Source: Phormidesmis sp.
GTDB lineage: Bacteria; Cyanobacteriota; Cyanobacteriia; Leptolyngbyales; Leptolyngbyaceae
Reading direction: 5' to 3'
NCBI GenBank assembly: GCA_965248535.1
Contig: CBDFJR010000002.1
Location: 896,001 to 960,000, forward strand
DNA: 64,000 bases
Shown here: piece after piece, positions 1 through 10,994 of the stretch
Layout: the number at the start of each line of letters is the position of its first letter
Numbering within the stretch: the stretch's first letter is position 1
Program-made: the position numbers and the translations under genes
The notes under the pieces: model-generated
What the model saw: the letters and a program-made list of their open reading frames with translations, nothing else
Databases searched by the model: none
Told to the model about the DNA's origin: nothing

Positions 1-1985
1 TCAAAAATCAGCGAGAGCAGTTCTTCGTCACTGGCAGAGGCCAGCAGGGTGGGGTCGAGTCCCATTTGCTCGGCGCGACTGCGAATCTTCTCGATCGCAA
101 TTCCTTCGCCGTCATCTCGGACGGTAATAATCGTGCGGCTGCCTTGATGAGTAGCGCGAATCTCGATCGAGCCTTGGGCAGGTTTGCCCCGCATCTGGCG
201 CGTTTCAGCGTTCTCGATGCCGTGATCAAAGGCGTTGCGAAGCAGATGCATTAAGGGATCGTTGAGCGTTTCTAAAATATTGCGATCGATGAGGGTGCTA
301 CTGCCTGCAACTTTGAGAGCGACTTGTTTGCCATGCTGAAGCGAGAGATCTCGCAAGGCCCGCGGGAAGCGATCGACCACATCCGACAGGGGCCGCATTC
401 GCAGTTGAGAGAGTCCCGACTGGAGTTGTTTGGCGGTTTTGTTGAGCGATCGGGTGGTCTGTTCGGTGTCGTCTAAACTCAGTTCAATATCCTGGGTGAC
501 TTCTTGAATTTGCACGATCGTTTCCATCACCTGTTGCGATAGCAAGTGAAGATCACTGTAGCGGTCTAATTCTAGTGAGTCAAACTCTGATTTTGGATTT
601 TGGCTGGTGGATTTTAGATTTTTCTCTGTGTCATTGGCGTTCCCGTTGCTAGAAGTTCCCGCTAGCAGTTTTAGGGTTGATGGCGCGATCGAGAGTCCTG
701 AGTCAGAACTAGTTTTATCGTAAACGTCTCGCATTTTATCACTGACACGATCGAGGGTTTTAACCCGATCGTGCAATTGGTGATTTAACTGACGCAGACG
801 TTTGACATAGAGATCTAACCCATTGCGATCGATGGTCAATTCTCCAAACAAATCATTTAGCTGATTTAGCTGCCGCACCGGAACCCGAACGGTGGTATCT
901 AAATCTTCTTCAGGGGGCGCGATCTCGCCATCTGATAGGTTCTCTAGCACTTTGAAGTCTGAGACCTGACTTTCTCTCAGGGGAGGTTTGGACGATCGGG
1001 CAGTCGGCTGAAATTCGGTATAGCCCTGATCATCCACTGCCACCGAGTCGGTTTCTAGCGCATCTACATACCAATCGGGCAAGGTAGACGCTGCGATCTC
1101 GTCAGGTGTCTCGCTTGAGAAATCTGGCTCAGTGGCCGCGATCTCAGCCCAATTCAATTCAGCATCAGCCGCCAAGTTAAAGGCTTCGAGCGTCTGATCT
1201 TCTTGGATGCCTAAGTCGGGAGCTAGGGCGATCGCTACAGGAATTTGATCATACTGCCCGATCATGACGAGGGCTTGAGCACGTCTCCACGATTGCAGGG
1301 CTGAGTCGGCGATCGCGCTGACTTCGCTAACCTCGGCCTCTAAACACAGCGTCACCGATGCACAGAGGCTGACAAAAGCAGGCAGTTGCAGCATTTCGCC
1401 CAAACCGCCCAACTCTTGGGCCAAGATCGTCAGCTCTTCTTGCAGGCAGGGCTGATTGGGCATTGCCAACACGCCTTCTAAGCGCTGGAGACAGCCTTCG
1501 ACCTCGGTTTCAAACAGCAGCGGCACGATATCTTGCCCGTCTTCCGGTGACAGCACCGACGCAGCATTTTCATCTTGGGGATCGCCCAACTGCTCGTGAA
1601 GCTGCTCAAACAGGGGGTCAACGTCACTGCTCAACCACTGGGGATCGATCTCCGTCTGGTGGCGATCGCACTCAATCACCCGCCGCAGCACATCAACTGC
1701 CGTTAGCAAGAGAGTTTCGAGATGAAAATCGACCGCGATCGCTTTCTCGACTTTGAGGACTTTAAATGAATCTTCTAGACGATGGGCGAGATCGCTCAAC
1801 ACCGAAAATCCCATCATTCCGGCTCCGCCCTTAATCGAGTGGATGGCCCGCAGCGCTGAATTTATTTTTTGAGGATCAACCCGATTATCTGCCAGACCGA
1901 TCAAGGCGGCATCGAGCGCATCCAGATACGCCTGCGCTTCATCGAGGAACTGGCGACGAATTTCAAGTTCCTTATCGTGTGACAT
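1..1985 (-). CDS. cheA: CheA-like taxis histidine kinase (Hpt domain, linker, dimerisation/HATPase start); runs off the left window edge
   Basis: Translated by hand from ATG at 1985: MSHDKELEIRRQFLDEAQAYLDALD...ALRAIHSIKGGAGMMGF (Hpt His motif), later TVRVPVRQL and PLMHLLRNAFDHGIE. It is the last gene of a patA-cheY-cheW-MCP operon. Missing from the ORF track because the stop lies outside the window. Confidence 0.92.
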   Translation of the reverse strand, partial: MSHDKELEIRRQFLDEAQAYLDALDAALIGLADNRVDPQKINSALRAIHSIKGGAGMMGFSVLSDLAHRLEDSFKVLKVEKAIAVDFHLETLLLTAVDVLRRVIECDRHQTEIDPQWLSSDVDPLFEQLHEQLGDPQDENAASVLSPEDGQDIVPLLFETEVEGCLQRLEGVLAMPNQPCLQEELTILAQELGGLGEMLQLPAFVSLCASVTLCLEAEVSEVSAIADSALQSWRRAQALVMIGQYDQIPVAIALAPDLGIQEDQTLEAFNLAADAELNWAEIAATEPDFSSETPDEIAASTLPDWYVDALETDSVAVDDQGYTEFQPTARSSKPPLRESQVSDFKVLENLSDGEIAPPEEDLDTTVRVPVRQLNQLNDLFGELTIDRNGLDLYVKRLRQLNHQLHDRVKTLDRVSDKMRDVYDKTSSDSGLSIAPSTLKLLAGTSSNGNANDTEKNLKSTSQNPKSEFDSLELDRYSDLHLLSQQVMETIVQIQEVTQDIELSLDDTEQTTRSLNKTAKQLQSGLSQLRMRPLSDVVDRFPRALRDLSLQHGKQVALKVAGSSTLIDRNILETLNDPLMHLLRNAFDHGIENAETRQMRGKPAQGSIEIRATHQGSRTIITVRDDGEGIAIEKIRSRAEQMGLDPTLLASASDEELLSLIF

Positions 1986-2058
1986 GGGGGTTATGAGGGT
2001 GAAGGGTGAAGAATCGGGAACGAAAGATGCGGCGATCGCCGCCTTCATTGCCCAGGGT

Positions 2059-4866
2059 TTAGTTAACTTTGAAGGTGCCGACAGAGGACTGTAGCTCTTG
2101 GGCTACTTCGAGGGTTTGCCGCAGCGATCGTGACACCTGAAGCGACGAATCTGAGGTGCGCCCCGCGACTTCAACCACATCTTGCATCAAGCTCGTGACC
2201 GCTTGCGAAGTCTTAACCTGAGACACGGTTGCGTCAGAAATCGATCGCACCAGATCGTCAATCTGAACAGACACCGCTAGGATTTGCTCTAGACTTTGTT
2301 TGGCATTATCGACTAGGTGAGTGCCCTTAACCACCTGCGTAGTGCCCTCTTCCATCGCGTCTACGACTTCACTGGTTTCGCGCTGAATGGTGACCACAAT
2401 TTGCTCAATCTCTCGCGTGGCGGCCGCCGATCGCGCTGCCAACTCTCCCACTTCCTCAGCCACCACCGCAAAGCCTTGACTCTCTTCGCCCGCCCGCGCA
2501 GCCTCGATGCCAGCGTTGATGGCTAAGAGATTGGTTTGCAGCGCGATTTGATTGATCAGCGACACCACTCTCGAAATCTGCTGTGACGACTCGCCTAAGC
2601 GTTTGACCTTCTTGGCCGTGTCTCCGATCGTTTCTCGCAGGCTGAGAATATTTTGCACCGTCAGATCCATGGCGCTGCTGCCCTCTGCTGCCGTCTCAGA
2701 TGCAGTTCGGGCTACGTCTGCGGCTTGCCGAGCGCTGTCTGACACCGCCTGAATCGATCGCACCATCATCTCAACCGAGTTGAGGGTTCGGGTGGTTTCT
2801 GCGGCCTGCTGAGTTGCCTGCTCTGAGAGAGTGCGAACGGCTTGCTCATCGCTGCCCAGCGAGTCGTTGACCTGGGTGGCGGCTTGCTTCACCTGCGTCA
2901 CGACTTGCCGGAGGTTTTCGACGATCGAGTTAAAAAAGTCGGCAACGGTGCCAATGTCTCCGGCAGTCACATCAGCCCGCACGGTTAAGTCACCATGAAC
3001 GGCTCCTTCCACCTCTCCTAGCAAATTGAGCAACTGAAGCTGTAGATCTTCTTTCTGCTGACGGCGTTCTTCAGAGAGCGTTTCGGCTTGTTGACGCGAG
3101 TCGTTAGATTGTTGCAGCAGAAAAGCTTGATCAAGGGCAAACCCGATCTGAGTCGCGAGTTGAGCAAAAAAGTCAATCTCTTCGGGCGACCACTGACGAG
3201 TGTCAGAACATTGATGGGCGCAAATTAACCCAATTAATTCCTGGTTACGTAAAATCGGCGCAACGATGTTGGCTTTGACTTCTAAGCGCTCTAAAATCTC
3301 ACAGTGACAGCGGGTGAGATCAGCCGTTTGCACATTTTCAACGGCCCAAACGCGACCCGTGCGGTAGCGATCGACATCGCCCGGCCCTAAGGGATCTTCA
3401 ACAATTTTGCCCATCGCCTTGACCCAACCCGGCGCAACTGACTCAGCCGTGATCGAGCCGCTCAACCAATCGTCATGAAAGCGGTAAATCACGACGCGAT
3501 CGACTTTGAGAAACGATCGCACTTCTGAAACGCCCGTTTGCAGAATATCGTCAAAGTTAAGTGATTTTCTGACGGTGACAATCAGGTTACTGAGTAACTG
3601 AGTTCGCGTTGCATTATCCGTTTGTCGCTGCAATAAATCTTGCAGTTGCTCTGCCATGTGATTGATATTAGAACCCAGGCTGGCAATTTCATCATTTCCG
3701 ACGACATTAATGCGAGTTGTTAGCGTTCCTTGCCCTAATTTTTCGACGGCCTCGGTGGCCTCTAAAATGGGGCGAGTGGCCCGCCGAGCGATCGTGGCCG
3801 CCAAAGCACCCACCAACAGCGTGGTAAATAAAGTTCCGATCGCCAGGGTTGTTGCTAGCCCTCGTTGCGGAGCAAACGCGGTAGCGGTGTCAGAGGCTAG
3901 CATTACCTCCCAATCGAGAGAGGGCAACCCTGCTAGATTCATCGGGGGGGCATAGCTCACTAAGGCGCTAGCTTTGCTAGTCTGATCAACCGTCACAAAA
4001 CTGCCGATCGCTTTAGCCAATTGCAGTCGCTCTAAGCCCGGAAACCGCGATCGTGCCGCTTCTTTTAGCTGCTTATTTCCGGTGGCGAGAAACAGCTTTC
4101 CGGTTGAGTCGGCCACGCTATAGTCTCTGCCATAGGTCTGAAAGTCTTGAATCACATCTTCTAAGCGCTGAAGCGGAATCACCGTGCGAACGATGGCGAT
4201 CGTTTTGCCCGTGACGCTATCTCTAACAGGCGCTGCAATATAGATCGCGGCATCTTTTTCTAGCGTAGAGGCCACATTTCGCTCGATATAAGGGCCATCT
4301 CCTCTAGCAACCGCCTGAAAGTAGGCTTTATCGCGCTGGTTGGGTAGCTTTGCGCCCTTGGATTGCAGCATGGGATTGCCGTCTAGATCCAACACTGCGA
4401 CGCTCTCATAAATGTTGTAAGACTCTACAAACTGGGTCAGCACCGCTTGCTTTTCTTCAAGGGAGGTGATTTCTTTAACCTTGGCGCTACTCAGCACGGG
4501 CAGCCGGGCTAAAACTTGTGTGTCTGCATAGCGATCTAACATGAATCGATTCAGTTTGTCTGCTAGCCCAACGGCGCTGGCTTGCTGCGTCGTGATGATC
4601 TGCTCTTTGACCGCTTTGTCTGCAAAGTAGTAGGAGATTGCGCCGATGCCTAACACGGGCAGCGTTCCGATCGTCAGGGCGATCGCGGTGGCTTTAGTTC
4701 TCAACGTTGCCCGCTTAACCCTAGAGACTGAGGCATTCGACTGGCTGGGAGAAGAATGGGTCGTGTTGGCGCTCGGTGCTAAATCGAGGTTGGGGAGTTG
4801 AGAGGAATTCAACACTGGAGCCGACGCAGGAGCGCTGTTTTTTGCGGTGTTAATCTGATCAACCAT
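2059..4866 (-). CDS. Methyl-accepting taxis receptor (TM-dCache-TM-HAMP-GAF-MCP), PilJ/PixJ-like
   Basis: MCP hairpin [44 protein letters not shown]...[19 protein letters not shown]; two TM segments. Confidence 0.93.
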   Translation of the reverse strand: MVDQINTAKNSAPASAPVLNSSQLPNLDLAPSANTTHSSPSQSNASVSRVKRATLRTKATAIALTIGTLPVLGIGAISYYFADKAVKEQIITTQQASAVGLADKLNRFMLDRYADTQVLARLPVLSSAKVKEITSLEEKQAVLTQFVESYNIYESVAVLDLDGNPMLQSKGAKLPNQRDKAYFQAVARGDGPYIERNVASTLEKDAAIYIAAPVRDSVTGKTIAIVRTVIPLQRLEDVIQDFQTYGRDYSVADSTGKLFLATGNKQLKEAARSRFPGLERLQLAKAIGSFVTVDQTSKASALVSYAPPMNLAGLPSLDWEVMLASDTATAFAPQRGLATTLAIGTLFTTLLVGALAATIARRATRPILEATEAVEKLGQGTLTTRINVVGNDEIASLGSNINHMAEQLQDLLQRQTDNATRTQLLSNLIVTVRKSLNFDDILQTGVSEVRSFLKVDRVVIYRFHDDWLSGSITAESVAPGWVKAMGKIVEDPLGPGDVDRYRTGRVWAVENVQTADLTRCHCEILERLEVKANIVAPILRNQELIGLICAHQCSDTRQWSPEEIDFFAQLATQIGFALDQAFLLQQSNDSRQQAETLSEERRQQKEDLQLQLLNLLGEVEGAVHGDLTVRADVTAGDIGTVADFFNSIVENLRQVVTQVKQAATQVNDSLGSDEQAVRTLSEQATQQAAETTRTLNSVEMMVRSIQAVSDSARQAADVARTASETAAEGSSAMDLTVQNILSLRETIGDTAKKVKRLGESSQQISRVVSLINQIALQTNLLAINAGIEAARAGEESQGFAVVAEEVGELAARSAAATREIEQIVVTIQRETSEVVDAMEEGTTQVVKGTHLVDNAKQSLEQILAVSVQIDDLVRSISDATVSQVKTSQAVTSLMQDVVEVAGRTSDSSLQVSRSLRQTLEVAQELQSSVGTFKVN

Positions 4867-4916
4867 GAGATAACTCTCTTAACCGAATAATGAATTGGGT
4901 AGAACATGATGCACAC

Positions 4917-4944
4917 AACCTGATGTTGAAAACCTGATGTTGAA
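4917..4944. repeat. Perfect 14-bp tandem duplication (AACCTGATGTTGAA x2)
   Basis: Read directly in the cheW-MCP spacer. Confidence 0.8.
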
Positions 4945-4967
4945 ATTAAAACGGCAGCGTCAGAAAT

Positions 4968-5465
4968 TTAATGCCCCTGCAAAACAGGAGACTGCACAAT
5001 CGCTTCGGCATCTAACGCTAAAAGAATGTCTTGGGACTGCACAATGCAGCCGCGCAAATAAGGAACTAAATGGGTCGCCATGTGAGGCGGTGGCGGTTGC
5101 ATCCCGTCGGGGGCAACCCAGAGAATGCCTTCTACCTGCCGCACCGCCACGGCGACGCTCATGGTGTGAGTGCGAAGAATCACTAAATCGTATTGCTGAG
5201 GGCTGGGATCAAGGGCCCCGATCGCCAGCATTTTGGCCAGATCCATCACCCAAAGCACGCGGCTGCGGCGATTGGTGAGTCCTAACAGGCAGGCAGGCAT
5301 GATCGGCATGGCGGTCAATCGGTGGGGCGGCAAAACCAGCACTTCTTGCACCTGCTTCATTAAAAACGTTGCCTGAATGCCGCGACCCAACTCAAATTTG
5401 AGATGAGCCTCTCCGGTGGCTTGCTGCGATCGGGTTGACGTGAGTGTGAGAGCCGAAGAAACCAT
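4968..5465 (-). CDS. cheW: CheW-like adaptor
   Basis: LTAMPIMPACLLGLTNRRSRVLWVMDL motif; operon position. Confidence 0.9.
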   Translation of the reverse strand: MVSSALTLTSTRSQQATGEAHLKFELGRGIQATFLMKQVQEVLVLPPHRLTAMPIMPACLLGLTNRRSRVLWVMDLAKMLAIGALDPSPQQYDLVILRTHTMSVAVAVRQVEGILWVAPDGMQPPPPHMATHLVPYLRGCIVQSQDILLALDAEAIVQSPVLQGH

Positions 5466-5468
5466 TGT

Positions 5469-5846
5469 TTAGCCTCCTACTGAGCGAACGGCGCGCACCA
5501 ACTGTTCTCGCGTAAAGGGTTTGGTGATATAGACATCGGCCCCTTGCCGCATTCCCCAAAGCCGATCGATCTCTTGCCCTTTTGACGAACAAATAATGAT
5601 CGGCACTTTTTCGGTTGCGGGATGTTTTTTAAGACTGCGACATAGCTCAAAGCCACTCATGCCAGGCATTACCACATCGGTGACAATCACATCGGGTTTA
5701 AGCTCGATCGCTTTATTGAGCGCCTCTTGAGCACTAATCGCATTGATCACGGCATATCCACTTTCTCGTAGATAGTGACTGAGCAATTCCATTTCTGAAG
5801 GTGTATCTTCAACGACTAAAACAGTTCGCATTAATGTTAGGCTCAT
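5469..5846 (-). CDS. CheY/PilH-like single-domain response regulator
   Basis: VLVVEDT...DVVMPGMSGFELCR...YITKPF receiver motifs. Confidence 0.92.
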   Translation of the reverse strand: MSLTLMRTVLVVEDTPSEMELLSHYLRESGYAVINAISAQEALNKAIELKPDVIVTDVVMPGMSGFELCRSLKKHPATEKVPIIICSSKGQEIDRLWGMRQGADVYITKPFTREQLVRAVRSVGG

Positions 5847-5895
5847 GATCCTTAATCTGCGTGAAAGAGTTAGAAAAGCGTTGAGGATTGAATAG

Positions 5896-6960
5896 TCAAG
5901 TGAGATGCTTAAACACTGCCTTTAGCAATTCTGATTGTGTAAAGGGCTTGGTTAAATATCCAGAAGCTCCTGCTAATTTTGCTTTAGCGCGATCGATAAA
6001 CCCAGTGTGGCCAGTGACCATAATGATGGGCGTGTTTCTAAAGTTAGGATGCCGTCGCAGTAGAGAACACAACTCATACCCATCCAGATTTGGCATTCCG
6101 ACATCAAGCAAGATCACGTCTGGTTTACTTCGCATCACCTGCATCAGTGCCTTAACAGGATCGTTGATCATCAGCACCGAAAAACTATCGTCGTCTAAGA
6201 AGCTGCTAATAGCTTGCAAAATTGTGGGACTGTCATCAATGCAGGCGATCGTATAGGAGGTTTTTGGGGCGACCTCAGGCGCGGCAGGTTTTGATCGATT
6301 GGGGGCAACGATCGCGGCCAACTGTCTAGCCGTTTGGGATGGCTCAACGGCACTAGGGGCAAGGCGATTTGCTCCTTCTCGCAGTGAGTCAGGGCTTTGA
6401 GTTTTGGCAGCCGTTGGGTAACCCGTTGGCTGCTGCCGTCGCCGACTGTGGCAATATTCCACGATCGTACGCAAATCAAGCTGACAAAGCGCGGGATAGT
6501 CGATAAAATCCTGCGGGTCAGTGATTTCATACATCCCCTCGGTAACGTTCAAAAAAGCCTCTATGACTTCTTTTGCTAACGCCTCGATCAGTGAAGTGGC
6601 TTGCGAGCGATCGAGACCGTGGTGCTCAACCAACCAGCAAATCGCTTGATAATCAGCGCTGGGGGCAGGGTGGGTTGCCGATGTGCCTTCAAAGCGCGAT
6701 CGGGCCTCAGCCCGCATTTCATCGGTTAGAGCAGAAATCTGAGGGTGAAGTTGATGCATATGACGATCGAGACGCTCAAAGGGATCAGTCGAGCTAGTAG
6801 CAAAGCACAGCTTGCCATAGTTGAAATAGATCAACCAAGAGGTGTCTCCACTGACCACTTCTAGACATCCGTTGATGTGACGACTAATTAACTGTGCTAA
6901 CAAACTCAGGGGTTGCAAGCGTTGAAACGGTTTTGGGCTAACCATAGAAATGGTGTTCAT
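5896..6960 (-). CDS. PatA-family response regulator (PATAN + receiver)
   Basis: N-terminal GCLEVVS..W.IYFNYGKL.FA (PATAN-like); C-terminal IACIDDSPT...GYLTKPF. Likely start is the ATG at 6960; the ORF track extends to 7068. Confidence 0.88.
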   Translation of the reverse strand: MNTISMVSPKPFQRLQPLSLLAQLISRHINGCLEVVSGDTSWLIYFNYGKLCFATSSTDPFERLDRHMHQLHPQISALTDEMRAEARSRFEGTSATHPAPSADYQAICWLVEHHGLDRSQATSLIEALAKEVIEAFLNVTEGMYEITDPQDFIDYPALCQLDLRTIVEYCHSRRRQQPTGYPTAAKTQSPDSLREGANRLAPSAVEPSQTARQLAAIVAPNRSKPAAPEVAPKTSYTIACIDDSPTILQAISSFLDDDSFSVLMINDPVKALMQVMRSKPDVILLDVGMPNLDGYELCSLLRRHPNFRNTPIIMVTGHTGFIDRAKAKLAGASGYLTKPFTQSELLKAVFKHLT

Positions 6961-8109
6961 GGATGAATGGTTCTCTGGCTTAGTGCAAGCGATCATCATG
7001 AGATAGACAAAACTTTGCTGCTTAATCGACGATCGTCTGATCACAAACCAGACTGATTGAGGTAGCAAACTTTTAGTCGCCTAGCAGCAAAAAACAACCA
7101 ACACCCTGATATAAAACCTAATAGAAGTAGCTATTTAGAGCGATCGAGAGTTTTTATGGCTCGATCGTGGTCAATCTGTCAAAATCCGCCAGATTGCGAG
7201 AGTTTTTTGATTAAACCTGCTCAGACTCACCTTGCGTCATCTGATCGCTTTCTCGCTGTTTAGAACAGTTAACTTGATTAAGCACCTCCTTAAATTGCAA
7301 ATGACTCAGGTTGCTCTCAAGCTTGAAGACGCTGTTAGGTTTCGCCCCAGATCACGCCACGTCTTTTTTAGTGATCAACCTCCAACGTTTGAACTTGTGA
7401 ATAATCGCGGACAAATGCAAGTTTTGTCACAATTCACCAGTTATTAGACGGATCAGGATCTCAGTAACGAATCTCACCCCTAGGTTACTGGTTACTTCCA
7501 CAAATAACAAGCGCTTATCCTGACGACAACCCTCAAAAAATGTAGTCCATATCACTAATGTTTTATTCTTTAAGGACTTGCTTAACTTGTGGTTCTTTCT
7601 GTAAGTGACTTCTAAATTTTCTCTTGACACTAATATACTTGTTCTCACTCATCAATTGGGATGGACAACTGCTATAAAACTGCCGCAAAAAATAAGCTTC
7701 TTCAGTGTTCTGAAGTATTAAAAAGCATCCGTATTTGACAAGCAGTTTCACCAGTTCATTGAGAAAATCTCTCAAAAATCGATTTAGAAGTATCATTTTT
7801 AACATCATTCACCAACTTAATCGCTAGTCAAAAATGATACGTCACATCTGCTGAAAGGTTGGGTGTAAATCGCGTTGGGTAGGAAGAACGATCGCTCGAT
7901 CTAGCTGCCTTTGCAATCTCAGCCAATTGACCGATCATTCTCCGCAATAGTCGTAGGGTTAGTCGTGGCACGATCGCCGCAATTGTTTTTGTATCAGAAT
8001 CTGTAGAAAAATTAATTATTGCTGCGGTTTTAATCTGTTGGTTACGATTTTTTGGTAAAAAATCAGCTATCGATGCCGTCAAAATATAAACTTGCGAGGA
8101 GAAAATTCT

Positions 8110-8370
8110 ATGATTACGACCTTTTTGCTAGCTGCGGCCCCTAGAACGTTAGAGTGGACCCCGACAGTCGCGCTCGTTATGATCGCGTGCAACATTTTAG
8201 CGATCGCGTTTGCCAAATTCACCATCAACAAACCCAGCGCCCCCCCGGCCATGCCCTCTCCTAATATGTTTGGTGGATTTGGTCTGCCCGCCGTGATTGG
8301 CGCAACTTGCTTCGGTCACATTCTCGGAGCAGGGACAATCTTAGGACTGTCTAACATGGGTGTGCTCTAA
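8110..8370 (+). CDS. psaK: Photosystem I subunit PsaK
   Basis: TLEWTPTVALVMIACNILAI...FGHILGAGTILGLSNMGVL. Confidence 0.93.
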   Translation: MITTFLLAAAPRTLEWTPTVALVMIACNILAIAFAKFTINKPSAPPAMPSPNMFGGFGLPAVIGATCFGHILGAGTILGLSNMGVL

Positions 8371-8398
8371 CCCTACGCATTGCTGATCGTTTGCAACG

Positions 8399-8427
8399 AG
8401 TCAGAGAAGCCGTTCTCTGACTTTTTT
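8399..8427 (+). terminator. Intrinsic terminator of psaK
   Basis: AGTCAGAGAA-GCCG-TTCTCTGACT followed by a T run. Confidence 0.8.
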
Positions 8428-8545
8428 ACGACTCTAAATCCGTTCTAGGCTCGTTGGCGGTTGCCGTAGAATGTGGGAAAGTAAAGCCAAGCATATTCCA
8501 CAACCCCGTGGGTAAGCGGTTCCGTCGTTATCTGCTTAAAGAACC

Positions 8546-9850
8546 GTGCAATCAACCTATCTCGAAACATTGCAGCAAGCCCAAACCGCCGCCGATCGCC
8601 AAGACTGGGCAGCCTTCAACCACTATTTGCAACCCTTGCTAGGAGAAGCGTTATCTGGTTCTCCGGCTCAGGTTTCACCTGCGCTCTTGGCCCTGGCGCT
8701 GCAAAGTTTAGAGTCAGGAGACTTTCAAGACCGCTGGGATGTCGCTAAACTCTTTCCCAGCTTTGGCGATGCCGCGATCGTGCCCCTGCTCAATCTGCTT
8801 CGAGATCAAGACGCTGACTCAGAAGCGCAGTGGTTTGCGATTCGCATCTTAGGCAGCTTTGACCATCCCGAAGTCGCGACAGCGTTGGTTGATCTGCTCA
8901 AAACCTCCAATAATGAAGAACTCAATAGCATGGCAGTTACCGCCCTTGCCACGATGGGCAGCGGCGCGATCGCGATTCTCACCGAGTTGATCGATCAAGA
9001 CCAGACTCGACGATTAGCAACTCAAACGCTGGCTCAAATTCGCCGACCTGAGACGGTGCCCCTGCTGCAAAAAGTCGTCAATGACAACGATGCTCAGGTG
9101 CGGGCAACCGCGATCGAAGCTCTCAGCAGCTTTCACAACCCAGACATTTCAAACTGCTTAATTCAGTCCTTGACAGATCCCGCAGCGATGGTCAGACGAG
9201 CCGCCGTGACCGGGCTTGGCTTCTGCGGTGCTGAGGTGACAGACCTAGATTTGGTGTCTCATCTGCGCCCGCTCTTGCTCGATCTGAACTTGGAGGTGTG
9301 TAGGCAAACCGCGATCGCCCTCGGTCGATTAGGCACCCCGGCAGCCACCAGTGCGCTGTTTCAAAGCCTGCAATCACCCAACACTCCAGAGTTTTTAGCG
9401 ATCGAACTGATTAGAGCCTTGGGCTGGGTTGGCACCTCAGAAGCCCTACACTGTTTGCAGCGATCGCTGATTCAACTGCCGCTTGCCCCATCTGTTCGTC
9501 AAGAAATATTAACTGTGTTAGGGCGAGTCGAGCAGCCTGATCAAAAACATCAGGCAACCCAAATTTTGCTCGACCTGCTGCAACGAGAAGCCACGTTTGC
9601 GCGATCAGCTTCAGCCCGCCAAGCGATCGCCCTCGCCCTCGGACAGCTTGGTGATTTAGCGGCACTCAATCCTCTCATTAATCTCCTGGCAGATCCGCAG
9701 GTGAGTGTCAGATTGCATGTGATTTCTGCCCTCAAAATCCTGGCTCCCGAAGCGGCTCATCAACGCCTAGAGCAACTAGTTCAAAGTGAAAACTCCGGCT
9801 CAGAATTAGGACGCGGCGTGGCGATCGCTCTTAAAGAGTGGCAACGTTGA
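8546..9850 (+). CDS. HEAT-repeat (PBS lyase-like) protein, probably cyanobacterial NirB
   Basis: Repeated D.D..VR..A..AL HEAT units; directly upstream of an ntcB-like LysR gene, as in nirB-ntcB operons. Confidence 0.75.
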   Translation: MQSTYLETLQQAQTAADRQDWAAFNHYLQPLLGEALSGSPAQVSPALLALALQSLESGDFQDRWDVAKLFPSFGDAAIVPLLNLLRDQDADSEAQWFAIRILGSFDHPEVATALVDLLKTSNNEELNSMAVTALATMGSGAIAILTELIDQDQTRRLATQTLAQIRRPETVPLLQKVVNDNDAQVRATAIEALSSFHNPDISNCLIQSLTDPAAMVRRAAVTGLGFCGAEVTDLDLVSHLRPLLLDLNLEVCRQTAIALGRLGTPAATSALFQSLQSPNTPEFLAIELIRALGWVGTSEALHCLQRSLIQLPLAPSVRQEILTVLGRVEQPDQKHQATQILLDLLQREATFARSASARQAIALALGQLGDLAALNPLINLLADPQVSVRLHVISALKILAPEAAHQRLEQLVQSENSGSELGRGVAIALKEWQR

Positions 9851-9910
9851 CCAATCACCCCGAAAAATCAGGGTCAGGTTCAAAACTGGCCGATCCTTTA
9901 GCCGCAACCT

Positions 9911-9952
9911 GTATCAACTCTTACTAAAGTTTTCGACCAAATTAGTTAAGGT
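9911..9952 (+). promoter_or_regulatory. NtcA-activated promoter: GTA-N8-TAC, 22 nt, TAN3T -10 box
   Basis: GTATCAACTCTTAC at 9911-9924, exactly 22 nt, then TAAGGT at 9947-9952, upstream of ntcB. Confidence 0.85.
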
Positions 9953-9984
9953 CACTAAATAAGTGTCGTCTTCACTACAAATCC

Positions 9985-10953
9985 ATGCGTCTAGAGCAGT
10001 TGCAGGCATTTCTCGCCGTTGCAGAAACTGGGAGCTTTCAACAAGCTGCCCGCCACTGTAATGTGACGCAATCCACCATCAGTCGCCAAATTCAAGGGCT
10101 AGAAGCCGAGGTCGGGCTGCCCTTGCTGCATCGCTCGACTCAGGCAAAGCTGACCATTGCGGGCGATCGCTTCCTGCCCCATGCCCGCAAAATCTGGAAC
10201 GAGTGGGGCATCGCCACCCAAGAGCTAGCCGACCTGCTAGACGGCAAACAGCCAGAGCTTTGTGTTGCCGCGATTCACTCAGTCTGCGCCTTTCACCTGC
10301 CGCCCGTGCTGCAACGATTTTGCCAAGAGCACCCAGAAGTGCAGCTACGAGTCACCTCATTAGGCAGCGATCGCGCCCTCAAAGTGCTCAAAGATGGGCT
10401 AGTCGATTTAGCGATCGTGATGAATAATCGCTTTTTGACCGCTAACCCTGAGATGGTCGTCGATGTTCTCTACGACGAGCCAGTTAAGGTGTTGATGGCC
10501 GCAAGCCATCCTCTCACCCAATATACCGAGGTGCCCTGGACAGAGTTAGTCCGCTACCCGCAAGTCGTCTTTAAAGATGGGTATGGAATGCAGCGACTCG
10601 TGCAAGAACAGTTTCAGCGTCAGGGTGTCGCCCTCAATGCTGTTTTAGAACTCAATACTCTCGATGCATTTCGAGGCATTGTCCGTCAGGGTGAACTGAT
10701 TGCGCTATTGCCCCAAGGCGCGATTCACGATGTCCATCTCGACCCAACCCTAGCATCAAGAGCAACGGCTGATCCCACCCTGATTCGTCAGGTGGTGCTG
10801 GTCACCACCCAAGATCGTCTCCTGATTCCTCCGATTCAACGCTTCCGATCGCTCGTCCTCGAACTCATGCGCCAGCCCACCGCGCCAGCCGGGAGTCCAT
10901 TATCTTCGCCCGTGACGGCACAGCCAGTCGCTTCTCAAATCATGGGACGATAA
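9985..10953 (+). CDS. ntcB: LysR-type regulator of nitrate assimilation NtcB
   Basis: MRLEQLQAFLAVAETGSFQQAA...VTQSTISRQIQ HTH; NtcA promoter; HEAT-repeat and CnaT-like neighbours. Confidence 0.85.
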   Translation: MRLEQLQAFLAVAETGSFQQAARHCNVTQSTISRQIQGLEAEVGLPLLHRSTQAKLTIAGDRFLPHARKIWNEWGIATQELADLLDGKQPELCVAAIHSVCAFHLPPVLQRFCQEHPEVQLRVTSLGSDRALKVLKDGLVDLAIVMNNRFLTANPEMVVDVLYDEPVKVLMAASHPLTQYTEVPWTELVRYPQVVFKDGYGMQRLVQEQFQRQGVALNAVLELNTLDAFRGIVRQGELIALLPQGAIHDVHLDPTLASRATADPTLIRQVVLVTTQDRLLIPPIQRFRSLVLELMRQPTAPAGSPLSSPVTAQPVASQIMGR

Positions 10954-10994
10954 GCGTCTGAAATAAACTTATTAAGATTGCTTGGGCAGAAATT

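Noticed and set aside
8..1756. Small ORF-track calls inside cheA, and similar antisense ORFs across the window
   Set aside because: Shadow frames of long, well-supported genes.
7232..8082. Short ORFs in the patA-psaK spacer
   Set aside because: Mutually overlapping, AT-rich and without recognisable motifs.
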